A stretch of 63,514 nucleotides of DNA, filler included, from Circinaria calcarea (Eukaryota), in the NCBI GenBank assembly GCA_051942165.1. It is 12 parts of 12 records of this genome, joined end to end, with 100 filler letters (N's around TTAATTAATTAA, not from the genome) between each part and the next. Parts side by side here need not be neighbours in the genome. Positions count along the whole stretch, not along the records: positions 21,248 to 26,451 come from JAVECS010001994.1; positions 26,552 to 31,754 come from JAVECS010001995.1; positions 31,855 to 37,056 come from JAVECS010001996.1; 9 more parts are not named here. One strand, written 5' to 3'. The first letter of the stretch is position 1. Each line of letters opens with the position of its first letter. Both the position numbers and the translations under genes were made by a program. This document shows, piece by piece, positions 21,148 to 33,139 of the stretch. A model generated the notes under the pieces. That model did not search any database. It worked only from the letters and a program-made list of their open reading frames with translations, and was not told the origin of the DNA.

Positions 21148-21247
21148 NNNNNNNNNNNNNNNNNNNNNNNNNNNNNNNNNNNNNNNNNNNNTTAATTAAT
21201 TAANNNNNNNNNNNNNNNNNNNNNNNNNNNNNNNNNNNNNNNNNNNN
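21148..21247. other. Artificial contig linker
   Basis: N44-TTAATTAATTAA-N44. Confidence 0.99.
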
Positions 21248-22064
21248 AGAACTGCGTGACATCAACATCAGAATCTTAACGTCGATCGGCAGGATCAAAA
21301 TAGTATGGACCTCTCGCCTGCATGAGCATTTGCAACTAGACCTTGGGCAAGGGTACAATCATTTGAAGGTATACTGGTTTGCTAAGACCGTTGAAACCAT
21401 TCCAATTTTCGGGTAATCTTTCATACCGGGTAGACTCTGTGATGACGCTCAGCTGACGAGACATAGGCTATATGACTGTGGATGTTCGGATCATTCCAGC
21501 TTTGAAGATATGATAGAAGAGTTGAGGCTAACATATCAATTTCTGTTCGGCTCTTTCGACGACCCTCAGGCTGCCAGAACAATCAAGAAATTATATGGAC
21601 AACTAGATGCGCCGCCATGGATAACCGAATTTTTACCTACCAAGACAATGACTTACGGACACCGTCGTGCAAGACGGTGGTTGCGCTGGAGACGAACTCT
21701 CGCGGATTACGTTGATGTCGACAATGTAGACATGTGCACGGATATAGGATCGCACTTGTGTCATACCCATATACACGGTTCTTCTACCGACGGTAACCAC
21801 CCGCGACTGACTCAGGTGGCGTCTTACAAGCAATTCCGAACCTACGAGCGAAACATCCGGATCCTCAAAACTTACATGGCGCAGCAAAGAGCACGCACTC
21901 TTCGTGATCTGTGGCGCGACAGGAGGGACACCTTGTCATGGTACACCTTCTGGGCCGTCCTCGTTGTTGGAGGCGCTGGGCTGATTTTGACCCTGGCTTC
22001 GCTGGGTGTTTCTACGGCGCAAACGGTGGCGGCTTTCAAAGCTTTGAATCTTCCTGCGAATTAG
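21248..22064 (+). CDS. 5'-truncated fungal hypothetical protein with a C-terminal transmembrane helix
   Basis: Exon ILTSIGRIKIVWTSRLHEHLQLD..LKVYWF, intron 21413-21466, then ...LWRDRRDTLSWYTFWAVLVVGGAGLILTLASLGVSTAQTVAAF. Confidence 0.75.
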
Positions 22065-22600
22065 GTAACGAACAATGTGGACGGGGCTACCTAACTTTTA
22101 GAGATCATTTACGGCACTTGTCGCTGCGATAGTCTAACGCGGCTTAATGGGTCTATGCCAATCACCAGAGGAATATCTAGGTAATGACAACCATGGGAAT
22201 GGGGTGGCCTACTTATCAGAGGGATTGGGCAGCGTATAAACTGTGATATGGGTGCGCTTGAGGAGCAATAGCCCCGACCACTTTCATTCTCTTCTATCTA
22301 CCTAACCATTACTTGGAGTTCCCCTGCGATGCGTATCTGGAAGCTTCGCTAAAGCAATAGGTCGTTCGGGCAGGGGATAGGACGGGGAAGCAGGATAGGG
22401 GGAGAGAGTTGTTTACGGGAGCTGTTTCCGGATGGTTTGGATAGTTCGAGTGATAAGATACTGGACACCATATGAATTAACGAGAACTTGATATCAGGGG
22501 GATTGATAAAAGCGGGGTTATGAACGGCAGGGACGGGTTGGGCTGGATCGGGTTCTGCCCTTGACAGAGGTAGTTGGCTCTGCGCAGCCTCAGTTCAACT

Positions 22601-22714
22601 TATCCCTTAAACCGTTGCTCTGGCAGCCCGATCCGTTGCGTTTCTTGGATACAAGGTAGAGATTGGCCCACTAGACTGGCACGGTTCGGGGCTGCCAGAA
22701 CAGTTTACAGAGTA
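22601..22714. mobile_element. MITE-like hairpin, family A copy (opposite orientation to 43419-43552)
   Basis: tatcccttaaaccgttgctctggcagcccgatccgttgcgtttcttggatacaagg aligns to the reverse complement of the contig-9 copy, tatcccttgagccgttgctcaagtagcacgaaccgt-gcgtttcttggatataagg. Right arm is gcacggttcggggctgccag..agta. Confidence 0.7.
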
Positions 22715-22975
22715 CAGACAACACGGGCTACTCCGTAGATTTCTTCACCAATGCACATATTATACAGGGCTCAACGCAAAGGGAATTTACCTGATTTCTC
22801 TCAACAGCGTTATAATAGGTATCTTACTTCTCCCGAGTCCTTTGCTGCCGCAAACACCGCGCATGGAGAAAAAGAATACTCCGTCGTGGATCTCGTAAAA
22901 GATTGATAACGCTTAAGCAAAGAACTTAATCAGTTGTATCAAAATAATTTTTACTGCCATTTGAGTGTACTATAC

Positions 22976-23100
22976 TATACCCTGTCCGTCAGTAAATAAA
23001 ACGCGGCTTTTGTACAAGGAGGCCCATGCCCATGAATGCCACTGAAGGGATTCCAGCCCGTGCTTTGGTCCGTGCTGTACTCTGTACGGATTAAGGGATA
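22976..23100. mobile_element. Heavily decayed possible family A copy
   Basis: The right end ggtccgtgctg..acggattaagggata resembles the arm ggttcgtgctg..acggcttaagggata. Internal gcggcttttgtacaagg resembles gcgtttcttggatacaagg. Confidence 0.35.
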
Positions 23101-23750
23101 ATCTGAAAAGTCCCCTCCTTTCGCTTACTAGTAATCTTCGTTCGCCCATACACCGCTCATCCATTTCCGTGTTGCATTTCCAACTCCAAACCCCCCGGCT
23201 GAACATGGAACTTGGTTGGGCAGGCACCCCTTTGGTCCGGATTTGAGGCTTGTGCATCCATACCGGTACCGGCTTCTTTCTGAAGGGGATGCGGCAGGAT
23301 CTTCCTTTGCCCGTACAGTAACTCTCACTAGAATGGATCCTTCCCCCCAACCATGTGGGATACAGGAAGGAAATGAGAGGGGATTGAGGATGTCTTACCA
23401 CCTCCTCGATCTTTCCGGCCCTCTTCGTCTCCTCCTCATGAACCTCCCGTAAACTATACTGGTATAAACACTTTCTCCCCGCCAACGTCAAACAGCCCCG
23501 GTCCTAGTGATTTACGATACCTCACATGAAATTGAACGGGATCAAATACGTTCAACATGGCCGGGGAAGACCCCTCTGCAAAGGCAAAAACAACCGCAAG
23601 GACAGAAGAAGCTCGGGAGACACTACGAGCGCACCGAGATTCATTTCGAATAAAGAGAGCGTAAGCACTGGGATTATGCCGGACGTAGTGCACGGCGGTG
23701 GTGGCACCGATGAAAGTGGCAACTGTGAGAATAGAGCCGGTGATGAGGAG

Positions 23751-23797
23751 GGATTTGAAGAGGAAGGATTTGAAGTGGAAGGATTTGAAGTGGAAGG
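23751..23797. repeat. 15-bp tandem repeat x3 (GGATTTGAAGWGGAA)
   Basis: ggatttgaagaggaa ggatttgaagtggaa ggatttgaagtggaa gg. Confidence 0.85.
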
Positions 23798-25281
23798 CGC
23801 CGATGTTGGATGAATCTGTTGGGGTTCCCCCCCAGAGGACCGGTAATTGTAAAACGAGGATTTTACGAGCTACGGAGGTCACCATGAATGGAATATGAAC
23901 ATAATGTACACAGGCGACATAAGGGTTACTCTAGCAAGGAAAGCGGGGTCGGCCCTGTACGAGCCAATTAGATCAAAAGGGACGAGAGAGTGAGAAGCCA
24001 ACTGGCAGCTGTTGAATATGCAATAATGTGTGATGGCATTTATGCTATGTACGAGTATGTAACTAGCTAAACTATCTATGCAGCGAAAAAGCGATTTTAT
24101 GATGTGTGTGGAAGTGTTGAGCATGGACCTCCTATGCAACACGTGCCTCGGTAAGTGCTATGACTTCCAATAGTAGGTCGATCAAGTGAAAAAGCTTTAG
24201 ATAAGGCAGAGGGGCTGCCATCTTCGCTGATGTGCATTTGCAGGACAAAAGCCTGGTATAGATCATGTACGAGTCAAGAAAGGAGGAGATAAGTTCCAGA
24301 GCTCTTCTTGGGGAAGCTGTTTCGAGCTTAGGTCGCGGCCTGCATACGGAACCGAGAAGACTGTGGTATGCAACCATAGCGATAGACAAGTATTCGCGAG
24401 TTTCAAGAGATAAGCACAGCCAACAATCGATCACCTTGATGCAGATACTCAACAGTTGCAGATGTACTGCAGTTGGATATTCTCGAACCGATCTAAAGTA
24501 TGTCCGGAAGCAGGTCCGAGCTTGGCCGCTAGTGACGCGCCCCGCCCGCTTATTTCCCCAAAACGCACGAAGTCGGCGTGACGCCGGTATGGTACAGATG
24601 CGCTAACCTTTCCCGCGCCTTCCCTTTGCGGGAATAAAGGGTAGAATTGGGCGGTTGCAGCCCACCGCCATCGTTCCTACGGAAGTAGCTTTCCACTGAA
24701 TCCAACAGTTTGTATAGCCACAATCGAACTCCAAAGCCCCAAAGAAGAAGATGCCACCAGAATCGGCCGTAAGGAATTACGGTAATCCTGCCAAAGCTGC
24801 CAAGTACCGAATTCGGCAACGTGGCGGGTTTAAAATTGCCCAAATGCCGGATATGTCACGAACGGATGGTCCCCCGTCTCCAAAGGGGGTGTGTGTGCGA
24901 GTCGCTCGATGCGAATCTGACTCGAATGTGGTCCGAATCTCAATCTTCTCATGGCGCTACCGGAAGCAGAAGGAAGCACAATGGGTACCACACCAAAAGC
25001 CCCCCAAAGCCGCGCTATTCCGATTCGACCCCAATTCTACTCGGCAGTGACATTCCTATTCGCGTAACTTGGTGCACGCGGTAGGTACACACCCACACAC
25101 CGTGGGCACGGCCAATGTTGTTCCTGAATAGCCGGCGTCAAGGTACCCTTACCCTTACCCCAATTCTGACCGGACTGTGCGCGCTTTGGCTTTAAGGTAT
25201 AAAGCGGTCAGCTGGTGGGTGTGCACGGTTTGGTCTGCTAGCGCAGTGGTGGAAGGGATAGGGGTTACCCTTTCATGTCTA

Positions 25282-25419
25282 TACCTTTATACCGTTGCTG
25301 AAATGGAACGACCCGTGCCACCTCATGATTTAATGCGTGCCAACGCAGCCTGACCAATCTTAATCTTGCATTCAAGGCACGCACGGTTGGTTCCCGCTTG
25401 AGCAACGGTGTAAAAGGTA
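25282..25419. mobile_element. MITE-like hairpin, family A copy
   Basis: Arms tacctttataccgttgctgaaatggaacgacccgtgc and gcacggttggttcccgcttgagcaacggtgtaaaaggta. Internal cgtgccaa and tcttgcattcaaggcac match the contig-9 copy. TA at both ends. Confidence 0.7.
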
Positions 25420-25712
25420 CCAGGTACCGAGACTTGACTTGGGCTGAAAGTACCGAGATATAACAAACCCTCAAATATTGGGGTGGAATCGAGTCCATTT
25501 TGGGTTGATCGAATCTGTTGCGTGTGTATTGTCTAATGCACCTTTGGAAAATGTATAAAACCCTCCGTCGAGGTAGTTTCGGACGCTGTTCTCGTGCTAT
25601 ATTGTTCCCTCTTATTCCCAGTCTTTACAGATACCTTCGTCTATTTTCACTTCACTGTTTCGCTTCAGTAAATCAGCTTGTTTGAAACTTTTAGTCCATC
25701 TACCTTCCAGAC

Positions 25713-26451
25713 ATGCATCTCCTACCGATCTGGACTGCTCTTGCGTTTACGGCAATCGTTGCAGCAGACGTGAACGTTGTGACTGCCACGGTCACAGAAT
25801 TCTCTGGCACTGCATCGTAAGCACTTCTGAGTTCTCGACTGCATCCCGAAGGCGCTCAACGGACATGTTTAGGACCTCCTATGTCTTCCTCCCGGGTCAA
25901 AGCCCCGCCGCGATCCGAAAGAGAGGTATCAATACGCCGGAAAACAAAGCCTTGGACGCTCGCCGGGCTGCACCCACGCCCGATCTCCGCCCCAACAATG
26001 CCAGAACCGTGTGCCACGCCGACAACTGCCTGCGTGCCTTGAGGGCCCAAAACACCAGAGCAGCTTCCTTCTGTGCCACCTATACCCAGACCACTAACCC
26101 AAGCCCCACGGCTTTCCCAGCCTATATTCCGAAATCATGTGGTTCGTCAAAGATATCCAGTGCGTGTTCGTGTCTATCGACGTCCTCGACTCTCTCCACA
26201 TCCTCGACGCTCTCTACATCCTCGACGCTCTCTACATTCTCGACGCTCTCTACATCCTCAACTCTGACCTCCACCGTTACAACAACCACCACGGTAAGAA
26301 AGCCTTCCAAGTCCCTTCTCAACAAAGAACCCCAGATGCTAACACCCTCTTCCCATCCCTGTAGGTCGAACCTCCATCCAAAACCACAACCATGTACCGT
26401 AAGCTCCCAACTCCTCCCCCTTCCCCCGTTCCTGGGCAGTTTCCCCATTCC
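25713..26451 (+). CDS. Secreted Cys-rich-module plus Ser/Thr-rich cell-surface protein (3'-truncated)
   Basis: Signal peptide MHLLPIWTALAFTAIVAA; intron 25817-25872; dibasic sites IRKR and DARR; module CHADNCLRAL..FCATYT..SC..ISSACSCL; STSSTL repeats. Confidence 0.75.
26178..26262 (+). repeat. 18-bp coding tandem repeat (STSSTL), about 4.5 copies
   Basis: ctctctacatcctcgacg-type units within the secreted-protein ORF. Confidence 0.85.
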
Positions 26452-26551
26452 NNNNNNNNNNNNNNNNNNNNNNNNNNNNNNNNNNNNNNNNNNNNTTAAT
26501 TAATTAANNNNNNNNNNNNNNNNNNNNNNNNNNNNNNNNNNNNNNNNNNNN
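26452..26551. other. Artificial contig linker
   Basis: N44-TTAATTAATTAA-N44. Confidence 0.99.
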
Positions 26552-28049
26552 GGAACTGGGGTAAAAATGGGGAGGGAGGGAGCCTTCGGATTGGTATTTT
26601 GCGTTGCGAAAGGAGGAGGAGGATTAATGGTAAGGGGTATGTATCCGGATCTTTTTCATCTTCTACTGCATCTTACCGGATCGGACTCGGGATCGGAGTC
26701 GGAATCTAATTCGAGGTGGGGCATGGAAAATAAAAGCTTCTTGGGAAATGGAGAACTTGCGGGACTTGCCGAGTTTTATATAAATAAGCCTCATCCACTC
26801 TGTTAAAATCCCAATCCCCAATCCCCCAATCTTGGAAGTTTATTTCACCGGGGCCAGGGGGCCAGGGGGCCAGGGCTCTTACCTAACACCGGGTGGGATT
26901 TAATTGCTCCCCCGGAGGGAGAGAATGAGGGGAGCGGAGGCGATTGTGGGCCTTCCCCCCCTCAAAAAAACACGGGGAACTAAACCTTTGATTGGAAGGA
27001 AGGGCACGTTTGTACGCGGCCGTTTAGGACCTAGGTTACGTCAAAATTTCCCCTTCCCGGTTTGCAAATTTTCAAGTTCTATTTGCGAGTTGGGAACTTG
27101 ACCTTTAGCTTTCATTTTTCGTTTTAAGAACCTATACCCGTCATTTAATTCAGAAAGCTCAAGGAAAAAGAAAGGGGGGGGAAGGAGGCTGGGGATCTTG
27201 AATCTCTGGATCTCTGGATCTGTCTGGGAAGAAAAAAGTCGTTTAGCATTTTGGCGAACTTGGCTCTCGTGGGTTGGAGTGGTTGGAGTGGAGCGGAGTG
27301 GAATTTGGGGGCACGTGGAGCTCGATTGATTGATTCTTTGGGATGTTGGAGGTACGGAAGCTGAAGATCAGGGAGTTTTGAGGGGTAAAGGAGGATTAGA
27401 ATAGGGCTTGGGGAGGTAGGGGTTTTAAGCACGCTGAGGGACTCTAATGTTAAGATAGAAACAGGAGATGCGGGTTTAAGGTATTGCAGTTGCACCGGAC
27501 TCCATGTAATTTATACAGGGCATGAGGGCAGTATAAATACCAAAATACAAATTAATCATCTATGGAGAATCATATGGACTTTAGTAAAAGCGGTAGTAAT
27601 GCGCAAATAAACAAGGTCTCGCTTAGCTACGGTTTGATAGCCCTTTTCTTCCATTTAGGTACTCTGCATATTCCATATACTAGGTATGGTATATGCCTTA
27701 GATTCTTATGTCAGTCATGGGAGAGGGCTTATAGTATGAAAACTCAATAACATCAATACTCTTTATACTGTCAAAACGCCCCGTTCTTCTCCTCCTACAA
27801 TCCATTTTATACCCCAACTCCCCCCGTGTTTCTATTGGAATCCACCCTGTAGACTCGATAAGGCATAGCGGCGTGTTGCTTGCCATAGTATAAAAAGCGA
27901 GCACACACATACAATAGAAATTCAAGCAACCTTTACGTTCTTCATGCCTGCAAGCCTTCGCTCAATAGTTTCTTCTTCGAGGCATCCGTCAGCCACCTTG
28001 GATATATGGTCATGTACCTCATTGTTCAAGAAGATCAGTCCCCATCTCA

Positions 28050-31000
28050 TCATGTTTCAAAGTGGAAAGATGCACCCCAGATAATCGCCAGCATCAGCAC
28101 CGCCACTGACGAGAGAAAGGTCCTCGAGGGTTTCGGGATGGGTTTCTGGCCCGTAGCAAAGGCGACCGCTTCGACGACGAAGAGCAGGAAATATGACAGG
28201 ACGTAGATGGACCTCATCAGTAAGGCTTCGAAGAATGACAAACGCCAGAGGACACGTGCTCTGTCAGGGATGAAACGGGTGAGGATGAATTCAAGGATCT
28301 TTTTGTGAGCTCTTTGAATAGCGAGTATGAATTTTTCTCGCCGCGTAGCTGGTGGACAGTTGATCTGACCGCTGGGTCCAATGTAGTCTTCGGAGTTTTT
28401 GGTACCGTGGAACTTGAGGTCGAAGGCTCGCTTTACCACAGCTAGAGTCTCAATATCTTTCTCAGCAGTGACACTATGCCGGTACCTGAAGGCGTCAAAA
28501 ATGCGAGGATGGAAAGCCACCGCGTTAGATTTAGCGATATGAATTGCAGACCTGCCAGATCCGTGAGAAGCTGTGACGTCTGCTCCATGTTGAATCAGAA
28601 TGCTGACACAAGATGCAACGCCACACAGAACAGAGAGCGTAAGCCAGGTACATGTATCGACTTCTGCCCCGGGGAACTGTTCCGTCGTGAGGAACAAATC
28701 AATAATTTGTGCGTCGACTTGCGCTCCCTGCTGTAAAAGCAGTTTCATCAGGTTATCGTCTCCCTTCATGATAGCCCCAAACATATAACTGTGATAAAAC
28801 CGGGCGTCTCCACCAGATAATAGTGTGTGGTTGAAAGCTCCCTGCCTGAGAAGGATCTCTGGCGCTTCAGGGCAAAGCGAGAGTGCTCTGCTTGATCCGA
28901 GAATTCTGTCTAACGGGTCTCTACCCAAATCATTGGGTACCGGAGATCTAGCTCCTTTCACTAGTAATTGGAGAAGCTCTTTGAAACGCGCCTCAGGCAG
29001 ATGTTTGCTCTTATACAGGAAATCATTGATGGCTAAAGCGCCGTTCGCACCAGCGTCCAGAAGCATTGAGACAACATCAGTGTTCCCCGCTGTTGCTGCA
29101 TTTGCTAGCATGTTGGTATCTCTCGAATTATTATTGATATCAACCCCAATGTCCATAAAGGGTTTCAGCATTGAAGGCGAGTCGGTTCTGCATAATATTG
29201 CTAAGAAGGCACGTCTAAGGTATGGTTCCAAATTGCAAAAGTGGGTTAGGATGGAATCTGGATTGAATGTACAGTCGAATAATCGGTCCGTTACGTGAGC
29301 TGAGCAAATACGGAACGGCGAATAATAGCTCGCCAGGTACTGCTTCAGCCGGCCTCGAAACTCGGTATCCGCGTTGGCCAAGGTGCCAATAAGGCAAATT
29401 GCCAACGGTGAGAGGTCATCTACCAGCCATGGTTCAGATGACTCAGATGAATGGAATAACAAGTCCGGAATCCAATCAATAGTACCGTGGCTTTCGATGA
29501 ACGCAGTTCTAAGAAAGAGAGTGTCTCCTGTAAATAGATCATTGCCATACTGTGCATAGGTTTTTAAGTGACCTCGGAAAAGTTTATGGGAAATTGTAAA
29601 CATGTCGGAGTTCAGTAATTCGGAGTATGAGTATCCCGACAGATAGCATAAGATACGGAACAAAGCAAATACCCTAGATAATGTAAGAAAATACCTAGTC
29701 TTACGTTTTCAACATTACTTACTTATTTGGGATTCCTTCCTTTACCATAAACTCAAGCAATGAAAACGCCCGAAAGAGGTTTGATTCAGGAGAACTCCAC
29801 CGCATCAACAGTGGTGAATGTGATGACAGTAATGACTGAATGACGTACTCAGCATGTCATTATCAACGGTGCAAGGGAGACTAACTATTTGCCAAGGATC
29901 TGGATTACCCCACCGATCCAAAATGTAATCTGTTTTTCGGGCTAGACCTTTCCGAAAAGATTCCTGTATACCTTCAACATCCCACTCTTCAACAGCTTTG
30001 ACAAAGAAAGGATCATGATTGATTGTCAGTAAATTCAAGTTCGCGCTCCAGCGCCATTGGTTAGCAATCAAATTATAATTGACTTTCATGACGTATTGAA
30101 ACGCGAAACTAGATAGCCACCACGGTGGCGCAAAGGTTACTGCGATGCTCGACTCTTTGTGATCTTGTGAAGCTGAGTACTTCGAGCTTATACTTTGTCG
30201 TGCTTGACTTAGCTCGATATTCAAATTTCCGATGGGCAAGTTGTAGGAGAAATATTTCCAGAGTATAGAGGTCTCCGTGGTAGTGGGATGCGATGCTTTA
30301 TGACCTTTTGATGGCGAGTACAAATTGTGTCCACTCGTTCCCAAGATCCTTGCGATTTGGTCTAACTGACTCTTGTGTTCACTCAGCATAGCTTGAGTTA
30401 CCTCGTGCCCTTCACTCATGAGGCTGGAGTGAACGGCTTGGAGACCCGCTTCACTCATATTAATAACCCTAGCCTGTTGCTGGAAAACTTCATCCAGCTT
30501 TTGAGAATTGAAGTTCCCATTCAGTGTAAGATCATCTAAGCGGCTCAGTGCCTCCAGGTCCTTTGCTTCTCGCGTTGACACAACATTGGCAAACTGAGAC
30601 AAAACCATGTGGAAGCCAGCTTTAGTCTCGTCACTCAGTTGATCCGTGGAATGTGAGAGTTGATCAATCTGTCGGCTACCCCAAGTAGAAAATTAGGCCA
30701 ACAGCATACTTTGGAAAAAGTGATATAATGCCTACCCATAGACAATCGTTAAGATAGTATTTAGCCGGACACAATGCACATTAATCTTTTCATGGTATTC
30801 TGCAATCTCCTTCCCACTTAGCATCTGGCGGATTAATAACCCAACGTGCAGGCTCGACGATTGCTTTCTTAAGAGCGGCTCAACTTTAGAGACCATAATG
30901 TCTAAGTTTTCAATATCCTGCCGCATCAGCGCAACAGAGTCCACCCATACCTGCTGTAGTGTGTCTTGGGACGAGGCAACGTTTTGCAGCACCTCTAGCT

Positions 31001-31160
31001 CTTTAAGAAGACTTCTGAAGGTCTGAAGCTGCTGCACAAGTTTTTCAACGTCCTTTGGTGCATTCTTAAACCTTTTTTGGAGGGCGTAGATCTTATGAGA
31101 GCTCACGGTAACAGCACCGATTAGGGTCACAAGGCTGGCGGTGAACGAGACAGGGTCCAT
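28050..31160 (-). CDS. HeLo-like (fungal STAND N-terminal) + ankyrin-repeat protein with C-terminal hydrophobic helices, ~983 aa, 4 exons
   Basis: Exons 31160-30736, 30675-29886, 29835-29723 and 29673-28050 join in frame through GT-AG introns (2952 nt). N-terminus MDPVSFTASLVTLIGAV..FKNAPKDV; ankyrin motifs LANAATAGNTDVVSMLLDAGAN, LMKLLLQQGAQVD, CVSILIQHGADVT..GRSAIHIA. Confidence 0.8.
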
Positions 31161-31754
31161 TACGAGCTGCGCTGATTCGAAATGTGTATGGCTCTCTTGA
31201 GCGAAGTAGAAAATATTGGACGTCCGAACCTTGAAGTTGGATAGAGAGATCTACAGAATATTTCACAAATAAGGTGATGTGAAGGAAGGCTTAACGTTCT
31301 TATGACCTGGAAGCACGAGGCTGTGCTTCGTACAGCCCAGCTGTGCATGCATGAACAAATGACGCAGGACGCACAGCCTAGCATTTTGATCGCATAACTG
31401 GAGAGAAAAAAAACAGCCAAACTCCTTAAATTGCTACGATGGTGACATCTTAGCCAGATACATATAGTATGCTCTGAATTCGAGACATTTAAAACTCCAC
31501 ATGTTTAAAAATCGGCAAAGTACATAGTAATGCCGGAGAAGAGTCCACGCGCATTTCACCCGTCGGGCATTTTGACCACCCGGTCCGACCTGGCTCACTA
31601 AGGCTAGGCTAGACCTACTAAAGCCAATCCCGGTACGATGGCTAAATGCCAATGCAATCTTCTACGTCGACAGCATATTATTCCTTCCTGTTATATCCCC
31701 GGGAGGCCCGTTAACCCTAATATCATCCCTCCCCCCCGAAAAACACAATCTCCC

Positions 31755-31854
31755 NNNNNNNNNNNNNNNNNNNNNNNNNNNNNNNNNNNNNNNNNNNNTT
31801 AATTAATTAANNNNNNNNNNNNNNNNNNNNNNNNNNNNNNNNNNNNNNNNNNNN
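31755..31854. other. Artificial contig linker
   Basis: N44-TTAATTAATTAA-N44. Confidence 0.99.
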
Positions 31855-32283
31855 ACTCCTCCCTGGATAGTTGGGCTTGACATAGAAACTTCCTAAGCAA
31901 CTGATAGTCCAATCAATTCCTGTTCTATCCATCTCTTGGACTTCCTCTACAGATTCCACTTCACCCAAGACCATCACTGCACCAAAGTTCTGGAACCAGT
32001 AAGCTGCAAATGATGCAACGGGCAAGGGCAGGATCATGGGGTACGTGTCTCCCTTTAAGATCTCGCGATTAAGTTGATCAGAGAGATATGAGAGGAGCGA
32101 TGTAGGAACTTGGGCGGCAGATGAAAATGGGATTAGGGTTGCAATGGTAATGCGGTCACGGAGGGTTACTGGGCGGGGGACAATGGTCGGGGGAAGTTGC
32201 GTGTCATGCGGCGTAGGGTAAGGCAAAGGGCCGGAGACTCGATAAATGGCTGGCGCCGAAGGATCTTCCAGTATGGCTGGCAT
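31855..32283 (-). CDS. SPT10: GNAT acetyltransferase, Spt10-like (3'-truncated)
   Basis: VTLRDRITIATLIP, LLSYLSDQLNREILKGDTYP, YWF..AVMVLGEV, CLGSFYVKPNYPGRS. Confidence 0.78.
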
Positions 32284-33139
32284 GACAGGCTATAATAGAA
32301 CACGAGACACGTGACTTGTGAATCTCCGAGATGCTTAGTCAGCCGTATTCTCTCGGGCGCATGAAGGGTGTGTCGTGCAAACTCGGTGCTCTGCTCAGGA
32401 ATATAGAAAACCCGTTTCGGGGATATCTTACCGGTGCCAAACGACAACAGTTTAGGGTTCTCAGCCCCTGATTCCCAATTGTTCCGAGTGCTAAGAGTGG
32501 CTTGAGGGTGATGAGAAGTAGGTGAAGTTCTCAGATCTGCGTGAGTTTTCTCGAGTCTAGATAGTACGCTAAGTCCGGTTAGGAAAGGTGCAGAGGTCAC
32601 TGCGATCTGCATACTAGTAGAATATCCCGAAATGCTCCCATATAAGAAGTTGAAGGCAGTGAAAAATCCCTGGTCCTCGGATCATGTCAAATGAGATATC
32701 GTCCCAGCAATCTTCGATATAAATAGGCAAGGAGACAATCAAATATCCCAGACTGCATCCATGGTAGCATCGAGGTTTGAAGGCAGCAACGTAACTCCTA
32801 TCACCGAGGCATTACTCATTGTAAGTGATCGCTGCTAGACAAGAACGAAATTGAATTTGAAGAATTCAAGAGACAGAAACTGTGCCTCTGTAGGACTACA
32901 CCGTAGGGAGTAACTTCCGATGGTCAGATGGTATCTCGACTGGCTATTGTACAGACTATCGAGAACTGGGCGGAAACCGTAGCCGGTGTGATCTGAATTG
33001 GCATCATCTTTAGGGGGAATAATCCAGCTGATGTTGCAAATGGACAAGTATTGCACCGCCGGTTCCCCCTTAGGCTCAATACGGCTTCGCAAACAAGGAC
33101 GTTCAAGTCCTCCGTACCAGTTGTCTCCAATATCCTCCA

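Noticed and set aside
22970..23885. Two minus-strand ORFs (143 and 173 aa) as a spliced gene
   Set aside because: A splice is conceivable, but there is no recognisable domain, and the ORFs overlap a tandem repeat and a decayed hairpin copy.
32990..33070. SELASSLGGIIQLMLQM as a polyketide ketosynthase fragment
   Set aside because: It is a short resemblance bounded by stops, with no other PKS motifs.
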